Part shown: piece by piece, positions 59,501 through 64,000 of the stretch
How the letters are laid out: each line of letters opens with the position of its first letter
Numbering within the stretch: position 1 is the stretch's first letter
NCBI RefSeq assembly: GCF_009914755.1
Contig: NC_060928.1
DNA from: the human T2T-CHM13v2.0 reference genome, Homo sapiens
Reading direction: 5' to 3' (one strand)
DNA: 64,000 nucleotides
The notes under the pieces: model-generated
Database searches by the model: none
Told to the model about the DNA's origin: nothing
The model's input: only the letters and a program-made list of their open reading frames with translations
Translations under genes and position numbers: made by a program

Positions 59501-61746
59501 GCATCTCATATCTAACATTTTGATTTAACCCTTTTCCAAGTGGGCATGCCCAGTCAGGGATCTGGTTTAGCTCTCCCTGATCTACTTTGCCCCACTGCCC
59601 AGGTTTCCCAAATCACAGAACTCATAATCCTTGTGATTACTTGCTCAATGCTTTGTCTTTTATATAGGATTGTTAGCTTAATGCAAACTGTTAAGCCCGA
59701 ATATTGTGTTTAATTCACAGCAGAAGATCCTAAATGAGTAATGAATGAATAAAAATTATAGAAATATATGCGTATATGTTAATAATAGTTGGGTCTTACA
59801 GAGTATTTCAAATAGTAGCCTTCTTTCCACTCATCTGAATTTGGAGCTATTTAGAGATAGACACACAAGCATATATGCTTCCATTTAGGATAGATGCAAA
59901 CATATAGACATCAAAATATCAGCTTTATTTCTGTTGAAACTATTTGAGAATGTGTCTAGGGACTGTGGGCAAGGAGTAAAGTTATTCGTAAATTTGACAG
60001 ATTTCCCCCACTCAATCTCTCATTACAGGGAGATGGCTAACTTCATATATATTACAGTTCATATCATATTATGTGTGTATGTATTACACACACGTATATT
60101 ACACACACACACATATATGTTTATGTATAGGTCATCTCCCTGCCATATATATATACACACGTACGTAAATGCACAGAGAGCATATGCACTTTATTGGCAG
60201 CAAGATTCAATGGGGAGCAACGAAAAGGCCAGAGACACTCAAGTTCAGTTTCTTCTTCCCAAGTTCTGGATTCTTGGAGAAGTGAGGGTGGAGTCAGGCA
60301 ATTTACCCAAGAGAAGATTTCAGGAATAGAGAATAAGTTATCTCTAGAAGGGGGTAATTTGGGTTTTTGGTTTTTGGTTTATATTTTCCATGTTTTCCAA
60401 TGATCATGCACTATTTTTAATCAGATAAAAATTCCTAAAACATAAATTGCAATCTTAATTTTTCTTGGCCTCTTATTTTCTCACAAGTGTTAATTTGGCC
60501 AATTCACAATATACATATATGCCTGTGTAAAATTGTAGATCTCCTGTGTGGGAATGAAAGAAGTGTCTGATGGAGAAAATGAACAAATAGCTTAAAAATA
60601 TATAAAAGAGAAACATCTATATTAACTATTCACAATTACTTGGGGATAGCTTCTTGTGTGAGAAAATTATATTTTAAATGAAGTGGCTGGTGCCAAGTGA
60701 TATGAGTACTAACTTTTTTTTAATGATACTTTGGTAATGTGGTCAAAATGTGAAATAACTTCTTTTATCTTTTTTTTCAATATTTTTCTACTACTTCTCA
60801 GTAAGCATGAGTTTTGTTGGAATTATTGTGAAGTTTTAGAGTTAGAATGTAATCTTTTTCGTAATTTCACAGATCATATTAAAATTTACAAATAGTTATA
60901 TTGCTTATAGAGCCACAGTGAGGGGTCAGGTTTCTTATTCTGCCAGTTAATGTAGTGTCTGCTTTAGAATACTGTCATCTACCCTAGTTCACAATTTTTG
61001 AAGATCTTGTGAAAGAAGATATGTAGGGAAGTCAATAACAATGAATCTTCCAATAAGGAAAAGGAAGAAAGTTCTCATTCCCTTATTTTTTGAACCTACC
61101 TTTTAACAGATGGTTTTACTGCTCTATTACACAGCATAATTGGATTGTTTTATCTGAAAGTGAATAATAAAGACAAAACTTTAAAAATAGAACTGTTTGA
61201 ACTGAGAGCTCACTTTTATTAAGAGAACTTGTCCTATGAAAATTATTATTTGGAAACAGAAACCAAAGTACATATATTAAATAGCATCTTTTGCAATCAA
61301 TGTCAAGGCTGTGTTGTGTCTTTGGTTGTCTTTTGGTAAATCTACAAAGGAGCATCAACTTAGTGTCCTCATAAAAGACATGTGTGTGTTCCACTACATT
61401 CAGTGTGAACAATATTTTAATTTAGCTTGCCAAGATATAGTGAAATAGAATTTTTGCAGGGTGATTGTTCTGTTAAAAATATATAAAAGGGCCTAGAAAA
61501 TGATCTTTTGGCTAAAGCTGTAGAAAACAGACTGCCATTGATTTGCAGAATATGCTGTTTGATGTTTAGACAGCTGGAAAAAGTTTGGTAGGAGAACTTT
61601 AAAAACCTGTTATAATTGTAGCCTTGAGTATGATATGATTTGGCAACTAAGAGATCACCTCACAAAGCTATGATCCACAGGCAATGCAGTCTTAGGTATT
61701 ATAAATTCATATTTATATCAAAAATTCCAAATATCTATTGAGATAT

Positions 61747-62220
61747 TGTGATAGAATAAGAATACACATTTTGGTCTTCTTTCCCAGCTCCTGGCCAGAC
61801 CTCCTGAAACTCTTGTAAGTGCTAGTGATAAGAGCTATAGGAGCACCTTTTATTATAATGTAATTGGTTTTTGTTCCTGGCTCTTGAAATGCTTCTAAAA
61901 ATGTGAAAGAATAACCTTTTGCTAGTCATAACAAGCCCCATTCAACTACACTTGAATTTATGTCAACGAAGTGACTTGTGGAAAGCCCCTAAGGGTGGGG
62001 GTCACTGGTTGTGAAGGAAATCAACACCATGTTTAGAGGGTTGGAATTTTTAGCACTCCCATCCAAACCTCCAAGGATGGGAGAGGGGCTTGAGGTTGAG
62101 TTAATCATTAGTGGCCAATGATTTAACAAATCATGCCTATGTAATGAATATCCTAATCCTTCATGAATGTCCTAATCAAAGGAGTTTGGAGATTTTCCAT
62201 GTTAGTGAACACATGGAGGG
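61747..62220 (+). mobile_element. MER21-family LTR, 5' part
   Basis: TGTGATAGAATAAGAA...TTAGAGGGTTGGAA...GGAGAGGGGCTTGAGGTTGAGTTAATCA...GCCAATGATTTAA. Confidence 0.75.
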
Positions 62221-62313
62221 CTGTAAGTCTCAATCTCCAAACTATGCAAACCAAGAACAAATAATTTCACACAAATCCTTTGCCATTGACATTAACCAGA
62301 AGACAGGGTACTA

Positions 62314-62644
62314 TATAAACCCAAACTAATATTTTAAGCCCCCCTAACCAACTGAATGGAACCCTCTTCTTTGCCAAGGGCATTCAAAAGTTAAACTGAA
62401 AAACTAGTTCAGTCTGTGATGGGAAGGGGGGTTGTACGTGCTTCATTATACACTCCTCCCTTTACAATTCGGGCACAACTGAACAGCATTAACATTAAAA
62501 CTGACACCTTAAGAATGACAAAACAGACTCTTTGCAGCAATAAAATACCAAATTCCAACCCGACTCTATTATAACATGACATGACAAATAGCAGGCCCTG
62601 AAGGAAAGCAGCATGTTTTACCTCAAAATACATTTCTTTGATGT

Positions 62645-62645
<1 letters not shown>
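62314..62645 (+). mobile_element. MER4D/E-type ERV1 LTR, 5' part, interrupted by L1
   Basis: TAAGCCCCCCTAACCAACTGAATGG...GCCAAGGGCATTC...CAGCATTAACATTAAAAC...AATACCAAATTCCAACC. Confidence 0.8.

Positions 62646-64000
<1,355 letters not shown>

Noticed and set aside
59934-60329. 131-aa ORF in intron 1
   Set aside because: Non-ATG start and runs through CA/TA low-complexity sequence; no homology recognised

Overview
Human (or very close great-ape) genomic DNA, AT-rich and dominated by transposable elements. The one recognisable host gene is NPFFR2 (neuropeptide FF receptor 2, GPR74), identified from memory of its long-isoform N-terminus. Its CpG-rich first exon lies on the + strand at about 43.9-44.2 kb and ends at an AG|GTAACA donor; everything downstream is interpreted as intron 1. 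Upstream is a 12.7-kb MER65-type ERV1 provirus with two LTRs, PBS, PPT and a TCAT target-site duplication, which contains a near-full-length L1PA6 that itself contains a truncated AluY. The window also holds two 5'-inverted (twin-primed) young L1s, a two-LTR THE1 element in intron 1, about 11 Alus and many older LTR, L2, MIR and DNA-transposon relics. I see no new protein-coding system; nearly all listed ORFs are repeat-derived. The best leads concern NPFFR2 5'-end regulation (a uORF, a DUX4-motif THE1 LTR with TATA and donor, an Alu-derived candidate exon) and retrotransposition and template-switch footprints. Repeat subfamily names come from recalled consensus sequences, not from a database search.
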